A stretch of 64,000 nucleotides of DNA, from NCBI GenBank assembly GCA_002269645.1, contig NIVC01002592.1, positions 1 through 64,000 of the forward strand, read 5' to 3'. Position 1 is the stretch's first letter. The number at the start of each line of letters is the position of its first letter. A program made the position numbers and the translations under genes. Shown here piece after piece: positions 1 to 15,300 of this stretch. This stretch comes from Macrostomum lignano (lineage: Eukaryota). A model generated the notes under the pieces. That model searched no databases. It saw only the letters and a list, made by a program, of their open reading frames with translations, and was not told the DNA's origin.

Positions 1-3000
1 TTTACATGACGCTTCTATGATTGTTTACATGACGCTTCTATGATTTTTATGACGCTTCTAGATTTTTTACATGACGCTTCTATGATTTTTAAAGACGCTT
101 CTATGATTTTTGACCTTCTGATTTTTTACATGACGCTTCTATGATTGTTTACATGACGCTCTATGATTTTTTTAAATGACGCTTCTATGATTGTTTATGA
201 CGCTTCTAACGATTTTTAATGACGCTTCTATGATTGTTTACATGACGCTTCTATGATTTTTTACATGACGCTTCTATGATTTTTAATGACGCTTCTATGA
301 TTTTAATGACGCTTCTATGATTTTTTACATGACGCTTCTATGATTTTTTAAATGACGCTTCTATGATTTTTAAATGACGCTTCTACGATTTTTACATGAC
401 GCTTCTATGATTGTTTACTGACGCTTCTATGATTTTTACATGACGCTTCTATGATTTTTTACATGACGCTTCTATGATTGTTTTACATGACGCTTCTATG
501 ATTGTTTATGACGCTTCTTGATTTTTTACATGACGCTTCTATGATGTTTTACAGACGCTTCTATGATTTTTTATGACGCTTCTATGATTGTTTACATGAC
601 GCTTCTATGATTTTTATGACGCTTCTATGATTTTTACATGACGCTTCTATGATTTTTTACATGACGCTTCTATTTGATTTTTACATGACGCTTCTATGAT
701 TTTTAATGACGCTTCTATGATTTTTACATGACGCTTCTATGATTTTACATGACGCTTCTATGATTTTTAAATGACGCTTCTATGATTGTTTACATGACGC
801 TTCTATGATTGTTACATGACGCTTCTATGATTTTTTACATGACGCTTCTATGATTGTTTACATGACGCTTCTATGATTTTTTACATGACGCTTCTATGAT
901 TTTTTACATGACGCTTCTATGATTTTTATGACGCTTCTATGATTTTTACATGACGCTTCTATGATTTTTTAAATGACGCTTCTATGATTTTTACATGACG
1001 CTTCTATGATTTTTACATGACGCTTCTATGATTGTTTACATGACGCTTCTATGATTTTTACATGACGCTTCTATGATTTTTTACATGACGCTTCTATGAT
1101 TTTTAATGACGCTTCTATGATTGTTTACATGACGCTTCTATGATTGTTTACATGACGCTTCTATGATTGTTTACATGACGCTTCTATGATTGTTTTACAT
1201 GACGCTTCTATGATTTTTACATGACGCTTCTATGATTTTTATACATGACGCTTCTATGATTTTTATGACGCTTCTATGATTTTTTACATGACGCTTCTAT
1301 TGATTTTTTAAATGACGCTTCTATGATTTTTATATGACGCTTCTATGATTTTTACATGACGCTTCTATGATTTTTTACATGACGCTTCTATGATTTTTAC
1401 ATGACGCTTCTATGATTGTTTACATGACGCTTCTATGATTTTTTACATGACGCTTCTATGATTGTTTACATGACGCTTCTATGATTTTTTCAATGACGCT
1501 TCTATGATTGTTTACATGACGCTTCTATGATTTTTATATGACGCTTCTATGATTGTTTACATGACGCTTCTATGATTTTTTACATGACGCTTCTATGATT
1601 GTTTACATGACGCTTCTATGATTTTTACATGCGCTTCTATGATTTTTTACATGACGCTTCTATGATTTTTAATGACGCTTCTATGATTCATGACGCTTCT
1701 ATGATTGTTTTACATGACGCTTCTATGATTGTTTACATGACGCTTCTATGATTTTTACATGACGCTTCTATGATTTTTACATGACGCTTCTATGATTTTT
1801 TAATGACGCTTCTATGATTTTTATATTACGCTTCTATGATTTTTACATGACGCTTCTATGATTTTTACATGACGCTTCTATGATTGTTTACATGACGCTT
1901 CTATGATTTTTTAATGACGCTTCTATGATTGTTTACATGACGCTTCATGATTTTTAAATGACGCTTCTATGATTGTTTACATGACGCTTCTATGATTTTT
2001 AAATGACGCTTCTATGATTGTTTACATGACGCTTCTATATGATTGTTTTACATGACGCTTCTATGATTTTTACATGACGCTTCTATGATTTTTACATGAC
2101 GCTTCTATATTTTTACATGACGCTTCTATGATTTTTTAAATGGACGCTTCTATGATTTTTACATGACGCTTCTATGATTGTTTACATGACGCTTCTATGA
2201 TTTTATATAACGCTTCTACGATTTTTATATGACGCTTCTATGATTTTTTAAATGACGCTTCTATGATTTTTACATGACGCTTCTACGATTTTTTACATGA
2301 CGCTTCTATGATTGTTTACATGACGCTTCTATGATTGTTTACATGACGCTTCTATGATTTTTACATGACGCTTCTATGATTGTTTACATGACGCTTCTAT
2401 GATTGTTTACATGACGCTTCTATGATTTTTTACATGACGCTTCTATGATTTTTAATGACGCTTCTATGATTTTTTACATGACGCTTCTATGATTTTTAAT
2501 GAGCTTCTATGATTTTTTATGACGCTTCTATGATTTTTACATGACGCTTCTATGATTTTTTACATGACGCTTCTATGATTGTTTACATGACGCTTCTATG
2601 ATTTTTATATGACGCTTCTATGATTGTTTACATGACGCTTCTATGATTTTTAAATGACGCTTCTTGATTGTTTAATGACGCTTCTTTGATTTTTAAATGA
2701 CGCTTCTATGATTTTTAAATGACGCTTCTATGATTGTTTACATGACGCTTCTATGATTGTTTACATGACGCTTCTATGATTGTTTACATGACGCTTCTAT
2801 GATTGTTTACATGACGCTTCTATGATTGTTTACATGACGCTTTATGATTGTTTACATGACGCTTCTATGAATTGACGCTTTTACATTTTTTACATGACGC
2901 TTCTATGATTTTTTAAATGACGCTTCTATGATTTTTATATGACGCTTCTACGATTTTTTACATGACGCTTCTATGATTTTTTAAATGATGCTTCTATGAT

Positions 3001-4775
3001 TTTTATATGACGCTTCTACGATTTTTTACATGACGCTTCTATGATTGTTTACATGACGCTTCTATGATTGTTTACATGACGCTTCTATGATTTTTTACAT
3101 GACGCTTCTATGATTTTTAAATGACGCTTCTATGATTTTTTAAATGACGCTTCTATGATTGTTTACATGACGCTTCTATGATCTTTTAAATGACGCTTCT
3201 ATGATTGTTTACATGACGCTTCTATGATTGTTTACATGACGCTTCTATGATTGTTTACATGACGCTTTTATGATTGTTCACATGACGCTTCTATAATTTT
3301 TTACATGACGCTTCTATGATTTTTTAAATGACGCTTCTGTGATTTTTATATGACGCTTCTACGATTTTTTACATGACGCTTCTATGATTTTTTAAATGAT
3401 GCTTCTATGATTTTTATATGACGCTTCTACGATTTTTTACATGACGCTTCTATGATTGTTTACATGACGCTTCTATGATTGTTTACATGACGCTTCTATG
3501 ATTTTTACATGACGCTTCTATGATTGTTTACATGACGCTTCTATGATTTTTATATGACGCTTCTATGATTGTTTACATGACGCTTCTATGATTTTTTAAA
3601 TTACGCTTCTATGATTTTTAAATGACGCTTCTATGATTTTTTACATGACGCTTCTATGATTGTTTACATGACGCTTCTATGATTTTTTAAATGACGCTTC
3701 TATGATTGTTTACATGACGCTTCTATGATTTTTTACATGACGCTTCTATGATTGTTTACATGACGCTTCTATGATTTTTTAAATTACGCTTCTATGATTT
3801 TTTACATGACGCTTCTATGATTTTTATATGACGCTTCTACGATTTTTTAAATGACGCTTCTATGATTGTTTACATGACGCTTCTATGATTGTTTACATGA
3901 CGCTTCTATGATTGTTTACATGACGCTTCTATGATTTTTTAAATTACGCTTCTATGATTGTTTACATGACGCTTCTATGATTTTTTAAATGACGCTTCTA
4001 TGATTGTTTACATGACGCTTCTATGATCTTTTAAATGACGCTTCTATGATTGTTTACATGACGCTTCTATGATTGTTTACATGACGCTTCTATGATTGTT
4101 TACATGACGCTTTTATGATTGTTCACATGACGCTACTATAATTTTTTACATGACGCTTCTATGATTTTTTAAATGACGCTTCTATGATTTTTATATGACG
4201 CTTCTACGATTTTTTACATGACGCTTCTATGATTTTTTAAATGATGCTTCTATGATTTTTATATGACGCTTCTACGATTTTTTACATGACGCTTCTATGA
4301 TTGTTTACATGACGCTTCTATGATTGTTTACATGACGCTTCTATGATTTTTTACATGACGCTTCTATGATTGTTTACATGACGCTTCTATGATTGTTTAC
4401 ATGACGCTTCTATGATTTTTTACATGACGCTTCTATGATCTTTTAAATTACGCTTCTACGATTTTTTACATGACGCTTCTATGATTTTTTAAATGATGCT
4501 TCTATAATTTTTATATGACGCTTCTACGATTTTTTACATGACGCTTCTATGATTGTTTACATGACGCTTCTATGATTGTTTACATGACGCTTCTATGATT
4601 TTTTACATGACGCTTCTATGATTGTTTACATGACGCTTCTATGATTTTTTAAATTACGCTTCTATGATTTTTAAATGACGCTTCTATGATTTTTAAATGA
4701 CGCTTCTATGATTGTTTACATGACGCTTCTATGATTTTTTAAATGACGCTTCTATGATTTTTACATGACGCTTCT
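1..4775. repeat. Tandem satellite, ~23-25-bp monomer (ATGACGCTTCTATGATT(G)TTTAC), roughly 200 copies, runs off the window start
   Basis: Direct reading: uninterrupted head-to-tail monomers varying mainly in T-run length and TTTAC/TTAAA/TTATA; no unique spacers. Confidence 0.98.
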
Positions 4776-6174
4776 TTTTAAAAATTCTTTTAGTTTTCCT
4801 GACGTTGAAAAGCTTTAATTAAAAAAATTATACTCTATGAAAATTCGAACCATCGTCGCTGCATTTAGCAGTTCAGTTTGTTCACCTCTAGGCTAGCTCT
4901 CATCGTTTTGATAACATCAAATTTTGCACTTATATAATTTAACACTTTAAAATCTGAGCATAGAGTAAATCACACGAAGCAGTTATGACATAATCAGTTT
5001 CTCAGTCAGTCAGTATCAGTTAACAATATGGTTACGCAATTTAAATCAAGTCTGGTGCTACGCTTCCACACTGCATTTTCAATACTGTGACGCAATTCAA
5101 GTCGGAGTTACAATTCAGTTATGATGCAATCTATTTCAGAATCTGAATTCAACCAGTCAGTTTTTTTCTAGCATTCTTACAATGCATTTCAAGTCGAAAA
5201 GTTTGCTTGACATTTGCAAAAAAGCATGTTTTTCGAATATTTAATGCCTTTAGCATCGAGCAATTTCTTAGCCACGATGCATGTACAGTCACGGGAAAAT
5301 TTCTGATCGAACAGTGCAAGTCTTATGAAAATCGGTTACAAGCAAGCAAGCAAGATTTTCATTTTTAGTATATACGAGGCCAACTCCTCCTTCGGAGAAG
5401 AAAGGGGAAGAACTCCAATCAGCGGAATTCCATTCCCTGAACTCCATAAGCGGAATCCCATTTTCCAACACCTCTCCGCGCAACAGAAATCGTCTCCGTG
5501 AAACTGAACACTATCGAAATCCTCTCCGTGAAACTGAACACCATCGAAATATTCTCCGCGAAATAGAAATCCTCTCCGTGAAACTGGACTAAATCGAAAT
5601 TTCTACGTCAAATAGCCCAGCTCTCAGAATTCATTGGTTAGGGTTAGGGTTAGGGTTGACAGCTGCGTGTTGAAAGGCGCCGTAAAAACATTGAACCAAT
5701 TAAATTGCGCAACTTATTTCTCAGGCAGTCAGTATCAGCCTCAGTTAAAGTTAACAAAAAGATTGCGCAATCTAAATCAACCCTCAAATACACAGCAACC
5801 GACCCCCCTTCCAATACGCAGTGCAGCTAGAAATTGAACTCCCCCCCACCAACTATTGGGGGGTCGGTCGAACCCCCATTGAACTCCAAAATGAGCACAA
5901 TCTTTGCAGAAAGCTAAAAGTATGAAAATCTTTTCTTGAATGCTGTGAATTTAATTTTCATATTTAAAGCAAAAAACTTATATCCCCGAACTCATTGCAG
6001 CAAGATCTTTCCAGCAATATAAGTCTCTCCTCTCTAAGTTCAAAACTCGAGCAACAGTTAGTGTTTGAAACTTTCTGATTTTAAGCATTGAAATATCGAG
6101 TGTACGTTCACTGCCTGCTAAAGATGCTCGCAAGTTTATGCATTAAAATGCACTGAATTTCACTGTGCAAAAAA

Positions 6175-6910
6175 TACACAGGGCTTCCTGTTAAAAAACA
6201 GAACACAAATAGTTGCGCAATTGTCTATAAAGTCAGTCAGTGAGCCAGGGTTCAAGTGTACACACGCAGCCACTGAGAACGCGACCATCCCCCACTTGAG
6301 AGAAAATACACTGCCAAGATAGAAAAATTTTATGGCGCAATCACTAAAATTGATGCAAATTTTCAGCTCCAAGCAGAAAGAGGGGACAATTAAGATTATC
6401 AAAGGTCAAGACCGCCATTTTCTGCTTTTTTAGGGATCTTAAAATGTAAAAATAAAAGATTAAAATAGCCTAAAGCCATCCTCGGAAAATTTGCAGTTTT
6501 CCCACATAAGTTTCAACGCTGACTTGCAAGTATTCTAGGAGGTACACAGGGCTTCCTGTTAAAAAACAGAACACAAATAGTTGCGCAATTGTCTATAAAG
6601 TCAGTCAGTGAGCCAGGGTTCAAGTGTACACACGCAGCCACTGAGAACGCGACCATCCCCCACTTGAGAGAAAATACACTGCCAAGATAGAAAAATTTTA
6701 TGGCGCAATCACTAAAATTGATGCAAATTTTCAGCTCCAAGCAGAAAGAGGGGACAATTAAGATTATCAAAGGTCAAGACCGCCATTTTCTGCTTTTTTA
6801 GGGATCTTAAAATGTAAAAATAAAAGATTAAAATAGCCTAAAGCCATCCTCGGAAAATTTGCAGTTTTCCCACATAAGTTTCAACGCTGACTTGCAAGTA
6901 TTCTAGGAGG
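6175..6910. repeat. Tandem duplication of a 368-bp segment (6175-6542 and 6543-6910)
   Basis: TACACAGGGCTTCCTG starts at 6175 and 6543; both copies end CTAGGAGG; explains the twin ORFs 6160-6402 and 6513-6770. Confidence 0.93.
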
Positions 6911-7329
6911 AGTTATCCTAGGATGGCAATTGGCAATTGGCAAATCGAGGGAATCCACTATCCAGCATGGTTTGTAAAAGCGAAAGATTTATGAAAAGGC
7001 GATGCGATGCAATGCAATACAACCCTACTAAATTAGGCACACCATGAAAATTTTAGGTTTCTTTTAAAGGTACTGTGTAAATTTTAAATGGCTCCTAAGA
7101 AATGCTTATTTCCTTGGTTGTTAGACTGATGCAGACTGCAGTGGAGCTGAAAATACACAAATTCCTTTCAGGACTGCAAATTGGCAAGAAAGATGACGTG
7201 ATCAAAGCATGAGAATAACGATGAGAGTAGTACGTCCCACAAACTGGCTTTCGAAGCAGGGATCGGCAGACTTTTACTTCAAAAGCCAGATAAAGAATCC
7301 AGCTTATGTGCGGGCCAGATGAGAGTGGA

Positions 7330-8830
<1,501 letters not shown>

Positions 8831-9557
8831 ATAGAAATTTTAAAGGATCCAAGGGACGTAGGGAGAGTCAGGGAGAGACCAGAGTTTAGCAATATATGTT
8901 TTAGAGTCAGACAGACATTGCCTGACATTCTGCGCAGTACCGTAGCCAACAATGTCTCAAACCCTAATTTTACACGAATGTGCTTCATTTTATGTCTACC
9001 TCTATCCTACTAACTATTAACAAGTTTTTGTTTGTGTATGGCCTTAGATTTCAGAATACATTCAAAAGTAGTTCCGGGTATTGGAATTCCCCGGGTTCAA
9101 AATCCGCGGGTTTCAACAGCTTGTACAGTATAGTTTACAGTTGTATACAGTAGTATATGCATGCAGTGTAAGTAGAAAGAATCGAAAATTCAACGTTTAA
9201 AATCTAAATCAAAATGATGTACATCAGGACATGATCAGACTTCGCTTGAGTAGTGAGAGAAAAAGAAAGCTCAATAAATCAACATTATAGATTTACTTTT
9301 AGATTATATAGATTTATAGATCTAGACAAAAATCTACATCGGTGTCTAGAGACCGTGCAAGAAACCTGTCAACAGGAACGACAGCAGGACGACAGCAGAA
9401 CGACAGCAGGACGACCGCTCGCCAACGCGATTATTATACCTATCTATGTAAACTGGAAACTTAGCTTTCCTAGGGGGGGGGGTAGATAATCGGGGTTTAG
9501 CACTTTTCAGCAGACGGAGTATCAGCATCAGCGGATTTGAAAACGAAACACTGTTCT

Positions 9558-9820
9558 ACGGGCCTTTTCATATTACCAATTCCAGAACCAGAATCGGTTC
9601 GAAATTCCAAGAAAAACAGCAGTATAACTTTTTAACTCTGTTAATATTTGACTGCCTTAACAACCTCACTAAGTACAATTTTCACTTTCTTCTTGGCGAT
9701 TGTCATTCAATAATAAAAACTTTATAGCACGTATCTCCCTCTAGTTATGGAGACAAAAAGTTATACTTCACAAATTGGTTCTGGTTCTGGAACCAGAACA
9801 AGCAATATGAAAAGGCCCGT
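9558..9820. mobile_element. MITE with perfect 17-bp terminal inverted repeats; diverged copy at ~32567-32858
   Basis: ACGGGCCTTTTCATATT (9558-9574) and AATATGAAAAGGCCCGT (9804-9820); internal TTACCAATTCCAGAACCAGAAT...ACTTTATAGCACGTA shared with the 32.6-kb copy. No TSD seen. Confidence 0.8.
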
Positions 9821-10854
9821 GCTAGAAATTTTGGATAGGAACCCGCGAATTCAAACTTCACGTAGGGCTCATGGCCCGCGGGGCGCGCGCGCCGCGCGCG
9901 CTGTAAAAAGCCGATAAAATTGGGAACAAGAAAGTCATTTCTCCAAACCCGACAGACCTCACTTACCATCAAAATCACTCAAATCAGAATATGTTCTAAC
10001 GAACCTTAGCATTCATAGTCTTGAATTATGCCTATAATCTCATCAACATCAATGTTAATTGTTAGATAGGCCCTATCCCTAGGCCTATTCAAGCAAGTTA
10101 GGCCCCTAGGCCTAAAAACTAAAAGGGATTTCATTGTCAGTATATTATGAGTAGGCCAAGCCAGAGTCAGCTTTGCTCTACTATTGCATTAGTTCTAACT
10201 AATATTTTTAAATAGCAAATTATTTAGGGACCTATGCTATGAATCAGAATAATTTACTAAGGACTAGGCCAATAACAAAATTGGTAGGCCTAGGCCTATA
10301 TAGGCCTAACAGGCCCCTATAAATATAGGCCTATAATTCGCTTTCTAAATGACAGGTTTGATAAAATTCTAGGGCCTAACCTACTTTCGTGCCTATTGAA
10401 ACTGGGTTTTTGCTAGAAACATGATGCTAAATTGCTCAATTTCAGGATGCAATTTTAAAAGGCTCAGAGTGCAATTTCTCCTAAAAACTGGGAATAGCCT
10501 AGGCCCTATAGACATATCTATCACACATTTTAAAGCAAAATAGCCTTATATATTCATTCGCATTTTAGCTTCAAGCATTATTTTTATATATATTATATCT
10601 TTAATTATGTCCAAAAATGCTTTGACTTTTATCTCATTTTCTAAATATTATTTAAGGCTAAAAATGGGCATTCTTCTTGAATCATTTGTTAAACTATTTT
10701 TTCAATGTTTTTCACATTTTCTCTACTTTAGAAGCTGATTTTAACATGTTTGGATATATTTCACTCAAGCTATTAAAACAGTAAAATTATCAACTTTTAA
10801 GCACTTTTTTCCATCTCTAGACTAGTAATGAAGGCTGAAGCCTTATAGGCCTAC

Positions 10855-11368
10855 CATAGCTGGGAAGGTGGCAGCTTTTAGTGAATTTTCCGGTGCAAAT
10901 TGGCCCTTTTTTTGGCACACACGGCGCACACGGACACAGGGTACAAAGAAAAATTGGAAATGCTCTGGTGGCGCACATGGCGCATGGCACTGAAAAAATA
11001 TATAGTTACACTCTATTATACTTTGCAGATAACAAAGTATCTAGGATCTAGGATATCTAGTATCTAGGATAACAAAGTCAGGCCTAATTCCATAATTCGT
11101 AAAATAAAATGTTATACTATCAAAGAGTACTAAAATTACATAAATCACGATATAAAATACATAAATGAAATTTAAATTTGTCTACCATAAATTCAGATTT
11201 GTTTACCAATTAATTATTAATTACCTTACCTTACTTTACCTTACCTTAGACTTACCTTATCATGGCGCACTGTGGCGCACAAAATATTTTCTTCATGGCG
11301 CACGGCACACAGTGCTCAAAAGCCATCAAAATAGTTCCGGCGCACACTGTGCCACCTTCCCGACTATG
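10855..11368. mobile_element. Old MITE (hAT-like) with subterminal GGCGCAC repeats
   Basis: CATAGCTGGGAAGGTGGCA at 10855 versus the reverse complement CATAGTCGGGAAGGTGGCA ending at 11368; TSD not recovered. Confidence 0.6.
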
Positions 11369-11499
11369 GGCCTTATATAAGGTTGGAGCACTAACATAGT
11401 AAAGCATAGAGTAGAAGCTCTTGATGAAGCTCATCTAGTAATAGCTCACCCTAAGGTAAGACTAAGAATAATACCAATTCACAAAAAATGTACTAATGA

Positions 11500-12330
11500 A
11501 TGAAGATGCTGTCGCTACCCCCATACCCTTGGCATTTGTAAGGCTAGTTACAGGCTTGCCACCCCCCATATCCCTGGCATTAGGCCTAGTAAGGCTAGTG
11601 GGTAGCTTGCCACCCTCTATACCCCTAGCTTTTGTAAGGCTAGTAAGAGGCTCCACACTCCCTATATCCTTGGCTTCCAAAAGGCTAGTGGAGGACTTGC
11701 CACCCCTTATATCCTGGTTTTTTTTAGGTCATACGGTAGCCACTGGCTACCCAAAAAAGCCATTAGCAACTAGATTTTAGGCATCAAAGGCCAATCTGGC
11801 AACTTCATTTTCCCCGTGCCAGTTGCCAATTTAAAAAATTGTTTTTGTAAGTGTAAAAAAGCGCCATATGAATTGATATGATATGATAGAATTTAGTTTG
11901 TTATCGTTATTGTTAGTATAATAGGCCTATGTACATGTTACTCAAAATTTAGTGTCTTAGAAATATTTATTCTTAAGAATTTGGTTAATTGCCAATGGGC
12001 AACCAAAAATAGCCATTGGCAACTGGATTTTGAGCCCCAAGGGCCAGCTGGCAATTGGATTTCCAACCTTAAAAAAACCCAGCTTATATCCCTAGTTTTT
12101 GTATGGCTAGTGGGGGCTCACCACCCCCACACCCCTGGTATTAATAAGGCTAATAAGAGGCTCGTTGCCCCCCACACCCCTGGCATTAGTATAGTATGGC
12201 TAGTGGGGGCTCACCGCCTCCTATATCCCTGGCTTCCAAAAGGCTAGTGGGAGGCTCGCTGTCCCCCCCCCACACCCCTGGCTTTTATAGGGCTAGTGGG
12301 TGTCTCACCACCTACCACACCCTTGCTTTA
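11500..12330. repeat. Two degenerate ~47-bp tandem arrays (about 11500-11720 and 12080-12330), each adjoining one copy of a duplicated ~80-bp segment
   Basis: Recurring CCCC..ATA(T)CCCT(G)GC...AAGGCTAGT; GCAACTAGATTTT...GGCCAATCTGGCAA (~11767) resembles GCAACTGGATTTT...GGCCAGCTGGCAA (~12020). Confidence 0.65.
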
Positions 12331-15300
12331 TCCTAACCTTACACACCCACCTTTCTTCCCCTCAACTTTGTCCACCTGTACAGTTTGCACAGATCTAATT
12401 GTAGTAATGTTGAAGCAAACAGGCGCAACATCTGTGTCATCTGCCACTGATCTGTATCAAAAAAGATTTTACAATAGCTAGTATAATTGCAGCTGCACTT
12501 TGACATTTAATATTACTCTTAAAAGCATTCTCAAACTATTTTAACAAAATTTACGGCTGCTAAATGCCAATAAATTATGCATTTTCACATTTTCCAACAG
12601 GCAATCAAACAGGTATTAAGACCTATCAAGACCAATATATGACTTATTGTATATTAAGATATGGCTGCCATGCATACAATTAAAACACTAGGTGAACACA
12701 GCTGCCATGCATGCAAGCTCTTTGATATGAATAACCTAAAAATCCAAAAAAAATTTAGGCAATTTCTTAAAAGCTTAATAATTTGCTTATCCCAAGTAAC
12801 TCAAGCCACTATTTTTTTCATTTAGAAATTATAAACCATCTATAGCTTTTATATAATGCAACTATATTGTTGTAGGGCTAACCTTCTGTCTTTATGAATA
12901 ATCCCACAATGTCACCAAAGTTGTTGTAGTGGTTTGCTTCCCTTTTTTAGCTATTCCACTAATGCCACCAAGTTGTAATGCCACTAGCTGTTGTAGGGCT
13001 ACTTTTCTAATTCCTATTATTGAATATCCTAAAGCTGCCACCAAGTCTATATTCTATTAATAAATTATAAGTTTATTCATCTTTGAATAAGTCTAAGAAC
13101 ATATCTGAGTATTTTCTGAGTATATATTTGAGAACTTGTCTAAGTATATTGTTCTTAAAATACAATTTAGCCTTTACAAGTATTGTTCCCCTGTTATTCC
13201 AGTAGCATTTACTGTTATTCTAGCCTGAGCAGTATATTGGCTTACTGGTATATGTATTGCATGTATGTCCAATCCTGGATGTTACCAAGATCAGAAGGTC
13301 ACAGCCTCCAGTTATTCTTGCATATATTAATTTAGGATCTACTTTGTATTCTCCTACTACTTAACACTTCTGCCTGTCAGTAGTAGTATATACCATAGAT
13401 GCTTCAGTCTATTTCACTTTACTTTGTAAATGAATAACTCGGAAAACAATCATCAATAATGTTTACTCGGAACTCTTACTATTCAATACTGGCTTTCTTT
13501 CTTAAGGAACTGCAATGTGTGAGGTTGGTCTCTCCTCCACCGAAAATGTTTCTTTTTATACTAAAATATACTGCTAATTTAAACAAAAATTAGTTTGCGT
13601 AAAATACTTATATTATAACAAATAATTATAACAAAATAAATTATAATTAATAATTTTGTTTATTAATAATTAAATAGTTTATTAAGTAATTATTAATTTA
13701 CTAATTTATTAATTTATATTAAAATATTTTATTAACTATTAATTAATTTTTTTATTGTTCATTAAAATCTTTGCAATAGTTATTAATTTATTACATAATT
13801 TATTAATTTATAATTTATTAATAATTAATTAATTAATTATTATAAATTAAACTTTCAGCATCTCCCCCCTAAAGTGACCCCAAAGTGATCAAGTGAACCC
13901 CCCCCCCAATATAACAATAAGCACCCCTCCTCCCAGATATAATATGAACTCTAGATTATCTAGATAGATAGATATGAACTCTAGATTTATAGCAGTATCG
14001 TTATATACAGCAAAAGATAGGTTGAAGGCTCAACTGAGGGGGTTGGCTGACAAAGTAAGGAGGATGGAGTATGCAACAGGTGAGAGAATAAGAGGCTTAG
14101 AGAATAATGAGAGACTGACCAATCAGAAGATGGAAAGGGTGAGAGATCAATATATAGAAAGAGGGAAAACAGTAAACAGAGACAAGTGAAGGTGAACTAA
14201 AGAAATGACTAAGAAAGTTGCAACAAGTGCAAAAATAAAAAATTGGTTTAGCCATTTTTTTGCTAAAATCAATCACATACCTACCTAGATAGAAACCTAT
14301 TAGTAGACCTTTTTTAGTATATTGTGATGATAGAAACTCAATGTCTTAAGCTAATCTAAAAATGCACAAATATAAACTATTAACATTTTTATTGCATTTT
14401 TATTATGCAAAACAATTTATTTATAGCATATAGCCTAATCATTTTTAGGCCTATATAGGCCCCTAGTCTACTAGAAGGGACTATTAACTATAAAATGGAT
14501 ATAAAATGTTGCATTTTAAAGATATTTAAATAAAATATTTTTTAGAGATGATCAAGATTTGATTAAGATTTAAGATTAAACCCAATTAGCATCTAATGTC
14601 TATTTACATTATTTTATATTCTATTGATACTAATATTGTTATTTGTTAAATGTGTACAATAATTAAAATGTAAAAACAAAGATTATATCATATTGAGCTT
14701 ATTAATAAATAAATGTATAATAATATCATAGTCACTAATAGTCAGTAGTCACAGTCACAAATTGGGTCCATAAGAATTGCCCACTGAGCTTTTCCTACCA
14801 AGATTTGCCTATTATGCAATATGCCCACAAGTGAATTGCCCCTTTTATGCTAAAATTTACCTTTTTTGTTCAATATTTAAAATATAAATCCCTCTAATTT
14901 TATGAATGTCACAATTTGTATAAGCTTTTTTATTTATATTTGCTTTTTATTCTATGTCATTCTATTTAATTGGCTTGCAAAGATGTTCAAAGTGTAGCCA
15001 AAAAAGTAATGAAAAGTTTATTATGATTTGGTATTAACAAGATAGATTTTTTGTCAGCTGCATTACTGCAACCTTCAAATTATTTGCCTGCTGCACTCAA
15101 TTGCTACTGCTAGCTCCAGATGCACTTTTAGAAGCCCTCTGTTGAGATGCTTTATAAGAAGACCCTTGTCATGTTTCTCTGTCTTCTGGCTCATTCCATA
15201 AAAGCATGGTCGTAACATGACAGGCTATTTTTACTTATAAAATGAAATCTAATAATAGAATATACTAAACCAATATTTTAAATGAAAGATTATTTTGTCT

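Noticed and set aside
1-4775. CRISPR-like appearance of short regular repeats (also 18443-19300 and 36113-36765)
   Set aside because: Head-to-tail units with no unique spacers and no cas genes; eukaryotic context.
5636-5657. (TTAGGG)3 as a telomere
   Set aside because: Only three units, internal; similar short runs (~53505, ~56540) lie inside repeat remnants.
13974-14189. 71-aa coiled-coil-like ORF
   Set aside because: Short, no recognisable family; possibly a retroelement remnant.
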